From contig JBBQIR010000030.1 in the NCBI GenBank assembly GCA_038325105.1, forward strand, positions 1 to 25,822: a stretch of 25,822 nucleotides of DNA, in the 5' to 3' direction. Origin of the DNA: Coriobacteriia bacterium (GTDB lineage Bacteria > Actinomycetota > Coriobacteriia > Anaerosomatales > Anaerosomataceae). Below the pieces are notes generated by a model that saw only the letters and a list, made by a program, of their open reading frames with translations, was not told where the DNA came from and made no database searches. Every line of letters starts with the position of its first letter. Position 1 is the stretch's first letter. A program made the position numbers and the translations under genes. This document shows, one piece after another, positions 7,429-15,007 of this stretch.

Positions 7429-8687
7429 CTGACGGATTCGATGTCGCCGCGCGCAAGACCGATATCCATAAGCGCGCGTGGGAGGCCCGGGACAAACCGG
7501 CGCTCTACGGGCCGGATCTCGACCTGAGCGCATTCAATGCTGCGCAAGACGCGGTCTCGGTGGAGTCGCTCGAGTCGCTCGACAAGCAAATGCGCGAGGT
7601 CGCGCTCAACGTTGGTGTCGACACCTCGGAGGAGGGTCGCTCGGGCACGTACTTCCAGGTCGACCGCTCCCCCATCTACGAGCGCGTGACCGAGATGTAC
7701 GGCGGCAAACTCGAGATCATGAGCACCAAGGAAGCCGTGGAGCTCTACCCGGAGTTGATGTACGAGCACTACTACTGGAAGGCCGTAGCGCCGGACAAGG
7801 ACAAGTACACCGCGCTCGTCGCCCTTCAAGAGACCGAGGGCTACTTCATCCGCGTGCTTCCCGGCCAGAAGATCGACAAGCCTATCCAGGCATGCCTGTT
7901 CGTGAGCGAGAACAACATTACGCAGAACGTGCACAATGTGATCATCATGGAGGAAGGCTCCGAAGCGAACGTCATCACCGGCTGCACGATTCATCCCAAG
8001 GTTCGCGAAGGCCTCCATGCCGGCATTTCCGAGTTCTACGTGGGTAAAGGCGCGAAGCTCACCTTCACGATGATCCACAACTGGGCCGAAGACTTCGACG
8101 TGCGCCCGCGCACCGGCATTGTGGTGGAAGAGGACGGCACCTACATCAACAACTACGTGATGCTCAAGCCGGTGAAATCGCTCCAGACGTTCCCGGTCTG
8201 CGTGCTTGAGGGCGACCGCTCCGTCGCGGTCTTCAACTCGATCGTGAACGGCATCGACGGCTCGCTTATCGACATCGGGTCGGAGACGCAACTCAACGGC
8301 ACCGGCACTCGCTCGGAGGCGATCGCCCGCACGGTCTCGCGCGACACGTCGACCGTCTACAGCCGCGGACGTCTGATCGGGCGCAACAACGACTGCAAGG
8401 CGCACCTCGACTGCCGCGGTATCGTGCAATCCGAAACGTCCACGCAGTGGGCGATTCCGGACCTGGCAAGCGAGGGCGCGCCGGGAGCCGAGCTGTCGCA
8501 CGAAGCGGCTATCTCCCCGATCGCAGCCGAGGAGATCTACTACCTCATGAGCCGAGGGGTGCCAAAGGACGAGGCCGTATCGATGATCACGCGCGGGTTC
8601 CTCGACATCGAGATTCCCGGCCTGCCTCCCGCACTCAGGCGTCAGATTGACAACGCTCTTGAGGAGACGGCCAAAGAGTCGATGTAG
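7416..8687 (+). CDS. sufB: Fe-S cluster assembly scaffold SufB/SufD family protein, ~424 aa
   Basis: SufB/D beta-helix region motifs (…NVHNVIIMEEGSEANVITGCTIHPKV… ; …RGRLIGRNNDCKAHLDCRGIV…). The start is chosen at ATG 7416 (MPAITDG...) with a GGAGTG ribosome-binding site 6 nt upstream. This overlaps the sufC 3' end by 13 nt. Confidence 0.8.
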   Translation: MPAITDGFDVAARKTDIHKRAWEARDKPALYGPDLDLSAFNAAQDAVSVESLESLDKQMREVALNVGVDTSEEGRSGTYFQVDRSPIYERVTEMYGGKLEIMSTKEAVELYPELMYEHYYWKAVAPDKDKYTALVALQETEGYFIRVLPGQKIDKPIQACLFVSENNITQNVHNVIIMEEGSEANVITGCTIHPKVREGLHAGISEFYVGKGAKLTFTMIHNWAEDFDVRPRTGIVVEEDGTYINNYVMLKPVKSLQTFPVCVLEGDRSVAVFNSIVNGIDGSLIDIGSETQLNGTGTRSEAIARTVSRDTSTVYSRGRLIGRNNDCKAHLDCRGIVQSETSTQWAIPDLASEGAPGAELSHEAAISPIAAEEIYYLMSRGVPKDEAVSMITRGFLDIEIPGLPPALRRQIDNALEETAKESM

Positions 8688-8766
8688 CCGCCCGCTCGTC
8701 GGTCCAAGCACGAACTTCTGTGATTTGACACCGTTTGTCGCAGCTCAAACGCCGTTCATCGGCAAT

Positions 8767-8794
8767 TGTTTGTGAACTTGCCTTAACCTATACT
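8767..8794 (+). promoter_or_regulatory. Candidate sigma70-type promoter (TTGTTT - 16 nt - TATACT) in an AT-rich island upstream of the small zinc-finger ORF
   Basis: Hexamers read directly: TTGTTT at 8767-8772 and TATACT at 8789-8794. The local AT-rich stretch 8700-8850 sits in an otherwise ~67% GC window. No experimental support. Confidence 0.3.
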
Positions 8795-8850
8795 ATCCTG
8801 GCCCCAAGGTTGCTTTATGTTTCTCGTGTTCCTCTCATTGGAGGTGCGAG

Positions 8851-8997
8851 ATGGTCAGGAAAGAGACCTGCCCGGTCTGCAAGGGCAACAAGGTCGTCAG
8901 AGTGACGGCAAGTACCGGAGCTGCACAGCATCGCCCGTGCCCGGGCTGTAGCGGTATGGGCTACCAGGTCAAGATGACTGGATCGTACGGATCGTAG
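8851..8997 (+). CDS. Unannotated 48-aa DnaJ-type (CxxCxGxG) zinc-finger miniprotein
   Basis: Not in the supplied track because it is under 60 aa. GGAGG ribosome-binding site at 8840-8844, 6-nt spacer, ATG 8851. Translation: MVRKETCPVCKGNKVVRVTASTGAAQHRPCPGCSGMGYQVKMTGSYGS, stop TAG 8995-8997. It has two CxxCxGx(G/K) motifs as in the DnaJ cysteine-rich domain. It is followed by an intrinsic terminator (9062-9099) and preceded by a promoter-like AT-rich island. Confidence 0.5.
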   Translation: MVRKETCPVCKGNKVVRVTASTGAAQHRPCPGCSGMGYQVKMTGSYGS

Positions 8998-9061
8998 ACT
9001 GCGGAATTCGCCAAGCGACACCCACGAACCACCTGCAACGGATCAGTCAGCTTGGCTTCCG

Positions 9062-9099
9062 ACAACGGCCTCCGGGATTTCCGGGGGCCGTTGTTTTTC
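9062..9099 (+). terminator. Rho-independent terminator: ACAACGGCC-(17-nt loop)-GGCCGTTGT followed by TTTTCG
   Basis: 9-bp perfect stem (9062-9070 / 9086-9094) and a T-run at 9091-9098, read directly. Lies 65 nt after the mini-ORF stop. Confidence 0.55.
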
Positions 9100-9120
9100 G
9101 CATTCGGTTCCGGGACCTTG

Positions 9121-9333
9121 TCACCCGGTCTTGATGTAGTAGCGGCAGTGGTAGCGCTTGGGGCAGTCGGCGGGTGTGTCCTTTGCGGGGGTGACCCACA
9201 TGTCGCCTTCGACAAAGCACGTGCATCTGACGCGCTTGTCTTCTTTCTTGATGGTCGTGTTGTACTGGTCGTCCACCTCGGCCGACTCGCGCCAGAACCG
9301 GCACTTCCCGTTGATTGGCGAAAACCCATCCAT
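9121..9333 (-). CDS. Small cysteine-rich hypothetical protein, 70 aa (C11, C37, C39, C57, C63, H62)
   Basis: The ORF has a strong ribosome-binding site on the minus strand (GAGGAG, 6-nt spacer, ATG at 9333). Codon usage is compatible with neighbours. No family recognised; the Cys/His spacing suggests a metal-binding mini-domain. Confidence 0.45.
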   Translation of the reverse strand: MDGFSPINGKCRFWRESAEVDDQYNTTIKKEDKRVRCTCFVEGDMWVTPAKDTPADCPKRYHCRYYIKTG

Positions 9334-9385
9334 ACGAGGCTCCTCGGTCCGCCCGTTGTCCCCTCATTCCCGAGAAGCTCCGGGA

Positions 9386-9754
9386 CTACTCCCGGCCGCG
9401 ATAGGGAACCGAATCAGGGATCTCAAAACGGTTGTGGTCTTTGCACTCCGCCAGGCTGAACACGCCGTTCATGAATAGGACGCCCTGGACCATCCCAATC
9501 CAGCGGTACGCCTTCGCGAACCGGCACGCGCGGATGAATTCCCGGGTTCGGTCACACATCCAAAGCGCGTGACACAGCGTCTCGAACTTCGGCGTATCGA
9601 ACCTGCTCCCCCCGAGACGCTTTTCGAGTTCGGGGTACGCCCGAGCGGTGTAGCCCATGGACACGAGCGTCTTGGTGTAGAAATCGAGCATGCGAAGCGC
9701 GTGTTCGGCCGAGAAGTTACCGCCGAATTCAAGAGGTTCATTGACGTCTGGCAT
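9386..9754 (-). CDS. Hypothetical protein, 122 aa (MPDVNEPLEFGGNFSAEHALRMLDFYTKTL...)
   Basis: This is the C-terminal 122 codons of track ORF 9386..10117. The upstream 121 codons are arginine-rich shadow sequence overlapping the ctaB gene. Internal ATG at 9752-9754 has a GAGAGGA ribosome-binding site. No family recognised. Confidence 0.5.
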   Translation of the reverse strand: MPDVNEPLEFGGNFSAEHALRMLDFYTKTLVSMGYTARAYPELEKRLGGSRFDTPKFETLCHALWMCDRTREFIRACRFAKAYRWIGMVQGVLFMNGVFSLAECKDHNRFEIPDSVPYRGRE

Positions 9755-9846
9755 GTGTGCAGGTCCTCTCGCGGATAACCGTACACTGCGATGATACGCC
9801 TGCGAGGGTTGGGTTGAGCAGACTGCACGTGACGAGCGGTCGCACG

Positions 9847-10755
9847 CTAGAGGATAGCGCCAAGCGTCAGACACGCGAACGCGCCCAGCATGTACACCGA
9901 GGCAGCCTTGAAAAGAAGCCAGTTGCGGCTCTCCGACGGCCAGCCGAGGGCCGCGATTCCAAGGCCGCTCACGCCAACGCCCAGCACGACGAGCCCCGCG
10001 AGAGCGACCGGGGCGATGTGCTCGAGGACGCCGGCAGTCGTCAGAACGACTGCCGCGAGAATCGTTGCGCCGGCGATGACCCGCCTGGTCGCCATCGATC
10101 CGAAGACAACCGGCCACACAGGGACGCCGGCCCCGTCGTACTCACCGGCGTAGCGGGTCGAGAGCGTGAGAATGTGTGACGGGATCCACAGGACGACGCC
10201 GGCAGCCAGGAGTAATCCCACGGCGTCGATGTGGCCGAGCACGAGCACGCGCCCCGCAAGCGCCGGCATCCCGCCGGAGATTCCTCCGAAGAGGATCGAC
10301 AGGGGTGTGCGGCGTTTGAGCCACATCGTGTAGATGATGAGATCGAAGAAGAAGCCGCAGCCAACGACAGCCCAGAACAGCGGCGAAAGCAGCGCAGCGA
10401 TACCGACGCCTGCCACAGACATCGCCATTCCGAACACGGTGGCGACTCTGACGTCTATGTCGCCGCCGGGCAGCGGCCGCGCGGACGTGCGCCCCATCAT
10501 CGCGTCGATGTCGCGGTCAAGCACCATGTTGAGTACCGTGCACCCCGATACTGCGAGGGTGAGGGCGGCCATACCCGCGCCGAATCGCGCCCAGGACATG
10601 TATGGCGACGCCGTGAGAGCGTACGAACCGACCCCTGTCGCAAGCAACAGGGCCGTCTGCTTCGGCTTCGTGAGCGCTACGTACGCAGCGACCGACGGCA
10701 TGCGTTGCGCGCGCGCCGCTAGTGTCGATGTATCTCCGTCACTCACGTGAAGCAT
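9847..10755 (-). CDS. ctaB: UbiA-family prenyltransferase, best match heme O synthase (protoheme IX farnesyltransferase CtaB/CyoE), ~302 aa
   Basis: YVALTKPKQTALLL..., NMVLDRDIDAMMGRTSARPLP (compare CyoE [20 protein letters not shown]), YTMWLKRRT, GVPVWPVVFG (CyoE ANIPVLPVV), and about 8 TM helices. It is called heme O synthase rather than MenA/UbiA because of the CyoE-specific motif series. Confidence 0.65.
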   Translation of the reverse strand: MLHVSDGDTSTLAARAQRMPSVAAYVALTKPKQTALLLATGVGSYALTASPYMSWARFGAGMAALTLAVSGCTVLNMVLDRDIDAMMGRTSARPLPGGDIDVRVATVFGMAMSVAGVGIAALLSPLFWAVVGCGFFFDLIIYTMWLKRRTPLSILFGGISGGMPALAGRVLVLGHIDAVGLLLAAGVVLWIPSHILTLSTRYAGEYDGAGVPVWPVVFGSMATRRVIAGATILAAVVLTTAGVLEHIAPVALAGLVVLGVGVSGLGIAALGWPSESRNWLLFKAASVYMLGAFACLTLGAIL

Positions 10756-10800
10756 CGCCCCTGGATTCCGGGTTCCGGGTACCGGTGCCTGCCCGACAAT

Positions 10801-12138
10801 TTAGCTCGCGGCGAGACACTCATCGGCGTTGACCGACGCCTCGCACGGGTGCTGGTTATCGAACAGTAGCATCTTCTCGTCGGCTGGCAGAAGCGTGCGT
10901 TCGTGATCGCGGATGTCGTTCGAACTTGCAAGCGTCTCGCGCATCATCACGAGCAACAGGTAACGGCCCTTGGCGTTGATCGTGACGTACCGGCCGTCAT
11001 CGCCGGCGATTCCGCCCGCCATTCGCATGAACGTCATCTCAAGAGCCAGTCCGACTTCAACCGGCACGCCGAAGTCCGCGCGGAAACGCTCCTTGTCGAG
11101 GCGCAGACCGAACAGGTCGGTCACGAATCGATAGCGCATCCGGGCGGTGCGGTTGTACGGCAGACCGGCTTTCGCGACGGACATTCGGCCCTCCGCGATG
11201 CGGCGTTCGTACTCCTTGAGCGAGAACGTGTTGTGGTAGATGCGGCCGTCCAGGAACGACAGCGCCCCCGACCCGATGCCCAGGTACTCCTCGGTATCCA
11301 CGATGTACTCGTCGATCATCGAACCCTTCTCCTGCGAGAAGGTCCATGCCGAGGAGGACTCGAACTCGGGCGCGAGACCGTCGCAGATCGCGCGGTAGTA
11401 CTCGACCTCGCGCTGGTAATCGATGTGACCGATCGTGCGCGCCAGCTCACCGCGCATTTTCGGCGACGCCATGATCGGGTAGAACGTCGTCTGGTTCGCG
11501 CCTGTCTTGCGCACCATCGCGATGTCGTGCTCAAGCATCTCGCGCGTCTGGCTCGGGAAGTTGAAGATCATATCCACGTTGAGAGAGTGGAACTTCCCGG
11601 CGGCCGACTGCACGGACGCGAAGACCTCTTCGCCGCAACCGTACTTGTCGTACCGCGCCATCTGCTGGAGCAGCATGTCATCGAAACTCTGGACACCCAC
11701 CGAGAGACGCTGCACGCGGTTCTTGAGCACCGAGATCATCTCGTCGCTGATGTGGTTCGGGCTGGTCTCTGCGGAGACTTCCTTGATCCCGGGGAAGAGC
11801 GAACGCGCAAGATCAATCGTTTGCGCAAGTTCGTCCACGAGAATGGTGGGCGTTCCGCCGCCGATGTAGAGCGACGTGAAGTCATAGCCCAGGTCCGCGA
11901 CCATGTGCATCTCGCGGCGAAGTGACTTGAAATAGCTGCGTGCGCGCTGCTCCTGGTAGAGGAACCGATTGAAGGAACAGTACGGACACAGGCGTTCGCA
12001 GAACGGCACGTGCGCATAGAGCGTGTAGGTGTGCCCCGCCAGCGGCGCAGGCAGGCGCTGAAGGTCGACGGGCGCGGTGTGCAGGTAACGCTTATTGAGA
12101 ACCCGCAAGGCGGTGGTGATAGCTCGCTCTGAGAGCAT
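10801..12138 (-). CDS. HemN/HemW-family radical SAM protein (oxygen-independent coproporphyrinogen III oxidase-like), 445 aa
   Basis: LYAHVPFCERLCPYCSFN (Cx3Cx2C radical-SAM cluster in the HemN context), LYIGGGTPT glycine-rich SAM-binding motif, HemN-like length with a C-terminal HemN_C-like region. Confidence 0.75.
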   Translation of the reverse strand: MLSERAITTALRVLNKRYLHTAPVDLQRLPAPLAGHTYTLYAHVPFCERLCPYCSFNRFLYQEQRARSYFKSLRREMHMVADLGYDFTSLYIGGGTPTILVDELAQTIDLARSLFPGIKEVSAETSPNHISDEMISVLKNRVQRLSVGVQSFDDMLLQQMARYDKYGCGEEVFASVQSAAGKFHSLNVDMIFNFPSQTREMLEHDIAMVRKTGANQTTFYPIMASPKMRGELARTIGHIDYQREVEYYRAICDGLAPEFESSSAWTFSQEKGSMIDEYIVDTEEYLGIGSGALSFLDGRIYHNTFSLKEYERRIAEGRMSVAKAGLPYNRTARMRYRFVTDLFGLRLDKERFRADFGVPVEVGLALEMTFMRMAGGIAGDDGRYVTINAKGRYLLLVMMRETLASSNDIRDHERTLLPADEKMLLFDNQHPCEASVNADECLAAS

Positions 12139-12321
12139 GAGACGTTCCTTTACTGGTAACAGGCCGCACGCAGTTCCGCCGTGCGAACGAAAGTGACTAC
12201 TCGTCTTTGCTTCGACGCGATGCGTGGATTCCCTGCCCTCGGGCAGGAAACGTGAGCCGAACGGCTACTCGGGAGCGCTCATCATACCCCACGCTGGCGG
12301 CGCGAACGGTACAATCTACCA

Positions 12322-13617
12322 ATGGCGGCCGCGGCGCCGCACGCCATCGGGAAGAGGGGCGAAGACGTGCAGCACCGGAGACTCGAATCGCTCGATGTCG
12401 TGCGTGGAGTGGGCGTCATGGGTGTCGTCTTCCTTCACACGGCCCTCTACCACTACGCGAACCTGCTCAAGATCGACTTCGCGAATCCCCCGGCGATCGT
12501 GACGGCCATCGGCTTCCTGCTCATGTGGGCCGGACTCTTCGCGATGGTCTCCGGGGCCGCGCACGCAGTGCGAACTGTGGAGCGACTTGAGGACGGTCTC
12601 GCACCCGGTCAGGTCCTGCGCTGGTCGCTCATCTCGGCGCTCATCATGCTCGTGACGTCGTACGTGTATTTCCTCTTCCTCGGTCCCGCGCTGCTCGACC
12701 GAGTTGCCGGCAATCACGACTACAGCATGCTCGCGGGCTTCATCACGACGGGCAAGGTGCTTGCACCAAGCCTCCAGCGGCTCCTCTACGTCGACTCGCT
12801 CACCATGATCGCCTTCGGCATCGCGCTGACGGCGCCGTTCGCCGTCGCGCTCGTTGCGCGCATCCCGAAGGAGCGTCGCGGCCTCGCGGTCGCAGGGCTG
12901 GCCGCGCTCGGCAGCGCGATCGTGCTCGCGTCGTGGGCGCGCATCGGCCTCTACCCGATCGTGGAGCGTGCTATCGCCGAGCGGGACTTCGGCACGGCGC
13001 TGCCGCTTGTGTACCTCGCGAACAAGAACAACCCGATCCTGCCGTTCTGGGGATTCACGCTCATCGGCTCGGCGCTCGGTGTGAGCATCGCGCGGCCTGA
13101 CGGCTGGAAACGCACGTGGCCGTGGGCGACGGCGTTTGGGGTCGTGTGGCTCGTGGCGGGTGTCATCGGCTACGTCACGCTGCCTGACACGATGCTCGAG
13201 CGGGCGGTCGACCCCATGTGGTTCTTCATCATGGTCGTCCAGGTGGGGCTCTTCACGCTGCTGCTCCTGCTCGCGATGCGCCTGCGCGACCGACGCCCGG
13301 CCGAGAAGCCGAGCGGCCCCGTCACCCGCATCGTCCGGCGCTTCGGCGTCGCGGGCCTGAGCGTGTTCCTCATCGAGACGCCCATCTCGGCGCTCATCTC
13401 GCGCGGGCTCGATGCCGCCGTGCCCGGCTGGAACGCCACGATGCCCGCCGCGCTCCTGTTCGGCGCTCTCTATGTGGCGGCGTGGGCGGGCGTGCTCGCC
13501 CTCTGGGAGCGCTCGAACTACCGCTTCTCCGCCGAGCGCCTCCTCGTCCGCGTGATGGGCGCCCTCGGCAAGCCGTCGACGAAGGCGGATCCGCTCGAAG
13601 CGTCGTCGGGCGCGTAG
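12322..13617 (+). CDS. Polytopic membrane protein, acyltransferase-3 / DUF418-DUF1624-like (about 10 TM helices), ~431 aa
   Basis: N-terminal RLESLDVVRGVGVMGVVFLH resembles the RxxxLDxLRGxA start of acyltransferase-3/OatA-like proteins. The protein is hydrophobic throughout. The start is uncertain: ATG 12322 sits only 7 nt after a TACAAT -10-like hexamer (12310-12315), so the transcript may be leaderless, or GTG 12367 may be the real start. Stop TAG 13615-13617 lies 2 nt before the next gene. Confidence 0.55.
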   Translation: MAAAAPHAIGKRGEDVQHRRLESLDVVRGVGVMGVVFLHTALYHYANLLKIDFANPPAIVTAIGFLLMWAGLFAMVSGAAHAVRTVERLEDGLAPGQVLRWSLISALIMLVTSYVYFLFLGPALLDRVAGNHDYSMLAGFITTGKVLAPSLQRLLYVDSLTMIAFGIALTAPFAVALVARIPKERRGLAVAGLAALGSAIVLASWARIGLYPIVERAIAERDFGTALPLVYLANKNNPILPFWGFTLIGSALGVSIARPDGWKRTWPWATAFGVVWLVAGVIGYVTLPDTMLERAVDPMWFFIMVVQVGLFTLLLLLAMRLRDRRPAEKPSGPVTRIVRRFGVAGLSVFLIETPISALISRGLDAAVPGWNATMPAALLFGALYVAAWAGVLALWERSNYRFSAERLLVRVMGALGKPSTKADPLEASSGA

Positions 13618-13619
13618 GC

Positions 13620-14951
13620 ATGGGCCTGCTGCGCGACATCCGGGACTTCGCCGACCTTCGACGACACGCGCGGTGGCCAGCGAAGCGCGTCGCGGCGTAC
13701 CAGCGGGCTGAGCTGCAAGCACTCGTGCGCTTCGCAGTCGCGAACAGCCCGCTCTACCGCGAGCTCTACGACGGGTACGACCTCGACGACTTTGCGAGGC
13801 TGCCGACCATCGACAAGCAGCTCATGATGGAGCGCTTCGACGACCTCAACACCGCCGGACTGTGCTCCGACGAGCTCATGGCGTTCGCGCTCGGGCAGGA
13901 GCGTTCGGGCGACTTCAGCGGTTACTTCGATGGTCGGTGGGTCGTCGGGCTCTCCTCGGGCACCTCGGGCGGGCGCGGGCTCGTGCTCACCGACCGACAC
14001 GTCACGGAGCGGCTCCCGTCGGTCTTCGCCGCGCGCTCTGGCCTGCCGCTCTCACTCCTGCCGTGGCGGATCATGTTCATGCTGCGGGTCTTCAGCCAGG
14101 GCTTTGCCGACATCGCGTCGCCAATCGTGAGCATCACGTACGTGCCAACGATGACCGACCCCGCCGAGGTCATCCGCCGCGCCACCGAGAAGCGCGCGAA
14201 CATCCTCATGGCGCCGCCCTCGGTGCTACGGCTGCTCGCTCCCCTCTCGGCCGAACTGCCGCGCGTGCGTTTGCTCGTCTCGTACGCCGAAGTCCTCGAC
14301 GACCACGTGGCCGAGGAGATCCGCTCGGCCTTCGGGGTGCCGCTCATCCAGATATACCAGGCGAGCGAGGGTGCGATCGGCTGCACGTGCTCGCACGGGA
14401 ACCTACACATCAACGAGGATCTCGTCTACGTCGAGCTGCTCGATGCCGACGGCGCGCCGGTCACCGAGCCGGGCGTCCCGTGCCACGAGATGCTCGTGAC
14501 GAACCTCTACAACCGCGCGCAACCGCTCATCCGCTACCGTATGGGCGACGTCATCACGCTTGGCGAGCCGTGTCCCTGCGGGAGCGCGTTTCGCACGATC
14601 GGGAAGGTCATCGGGCGCCGGGACGACATCTTGTGGGTGCCAGGCGGCGAGCAACTCAAGCCGCTCTTCCCCGACCTCGCCTGCCGCTGGATCATCGCAG
14701 CGAGCGGCGCGATAGCCGAGTACCGCGTTGAGCAGGAGGCGCCGGGCTCGATGACGATCGCGCTCAAGCTCGCCGAGGGGGCGGACCGCCCGGCCATCGA
14801 GACGGCGGTGCGAGACGCCTTCCGGGACCGGCTGGCAGAGCTCGGGCTGGGACCGGTGGCAGTGGCCGTCATGCCGCTTGAGACCACCTCGCCTGTCGGC
14901 GGTGCGAAGCCGAAGCGCTTCATCCGGCACTTCCCGCAGCCGCAGCCGTAG
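13620..14951 (+). CDS. Adenylate-forming enzyme of the PaaK / coenzyme F390 synthetase / CapK family, 443 aa
   Basis: This is track ORF 13218..14951, trimmed to ATG 13620 because the upstream 134 codons are arginine/proline-rich shadow frame of the preceding gene. MGLLRDIRDFADLRRHARWP... N-terminus, SSGTSGGRG (P-loop-like A3 motif), IYQASEGAIG (A5-like) and YRMGDVIT (A8-like) fit the PaaK-like subfamily of ANL ligases. Confidence 0.7.
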   Translation: MGLLRDIRDFADLRRHARWPAKRVAAYQRAELQALVRFAVANSPLYRELYDGYDLDDFARLPTIDKQLMMERFDDLNTAGLCSDELMAFALGQERSGDFSGYFDGRWVVGLSSGTSGGRGLVLTDRHVTERLPSVFAARSGLPLSLLPWRIMFMLRVFSQGFADIASPIVSITYVPTMTDPAEVIRRATEKRANILMAPPSVLRLLAPLSAELPRVRLLVSYAEVLDDHVAEEIRSAFGVPLIQIYQASEGAIGCTCSHGNLHINEDLVYVELLDADGAPVTEPGVPCHEMLVTNLYNRAQPLIRYRMGDVITLGEPCPCGSAFRTIGKVIGRRDDILWVPGGEQLKPLFPDLACRWIIAASGAIAEYRVEQEAPGSMTIALKLAEGADRPAIETAVRDAFRDRLAELGLGPVAVAVMPLETTSPVGGAKPKRFIRHFPQPQP

Positions 14952-14958
14952 ACGCGAA

Positions 14959-14982
14959 GAGGCCCCGCTGATGCGGGGCCTC
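14959..14982. terminator. Bidirectional hairpin terminator between convergent ligase (+) and flotillin (-) genes: GAGGCCCCGC-tgat-GCGGGGCCTC
   Basis: Perfect 10-bp GC stem with 4-nt loop, read directly, 8 nt after the ligase stop. A T-containing run follows on the minus-strand side (TCTTCGCGTC). Confidence 0.55.
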
Positions 14983-15007
14983 TCGGTAGCTGCGATCCGC
15001 TTGAACG

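Noticed and set aside
9755-10117. N-terminal 121 codons of track ORF 9386..10117 (MAGCLRIDGDQAGHRRRNDS...)
   Set aside because: Arg-rich, overlaps the 3' end of the UbiA-family gene on the same strand in another frame. A good ribosome-binding site plus ATG at 9754 defines a shorter, compositionally normal 122-aa protein.
12232-12247. Short hairpin CCTGCC-ctcg-GGCAGG in the hemN / acyltransferase divergent region
   Set aside because: Only 6-7 bp, no flanking T/A tract, and located between divergent starts where a terminator is not expected. Probably incidental, or a weak protein-binding palindrome.
13218-13619. Upstream 134 codons of track ORF 13218..14951 (MVLHHGRPGGALHAAAPARDAP...)
   Set aside because: Out-of-frame overlap with the 3' part of the membrane protein gene. 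The composition is Arg/Pro-rich junk. The conserved ligase sequence starts at ATG 13620, right after the upstream stop.
12316-13722. 468-aa minus-strand ORF, extremely Arg/Glu/Asp-rich
   Set aside because: Antisense to the hydrophobic membrane-protein gene. Its low-complexity, charged composition is the classic mirror of a TM-rich gene in GC-rich DNA.
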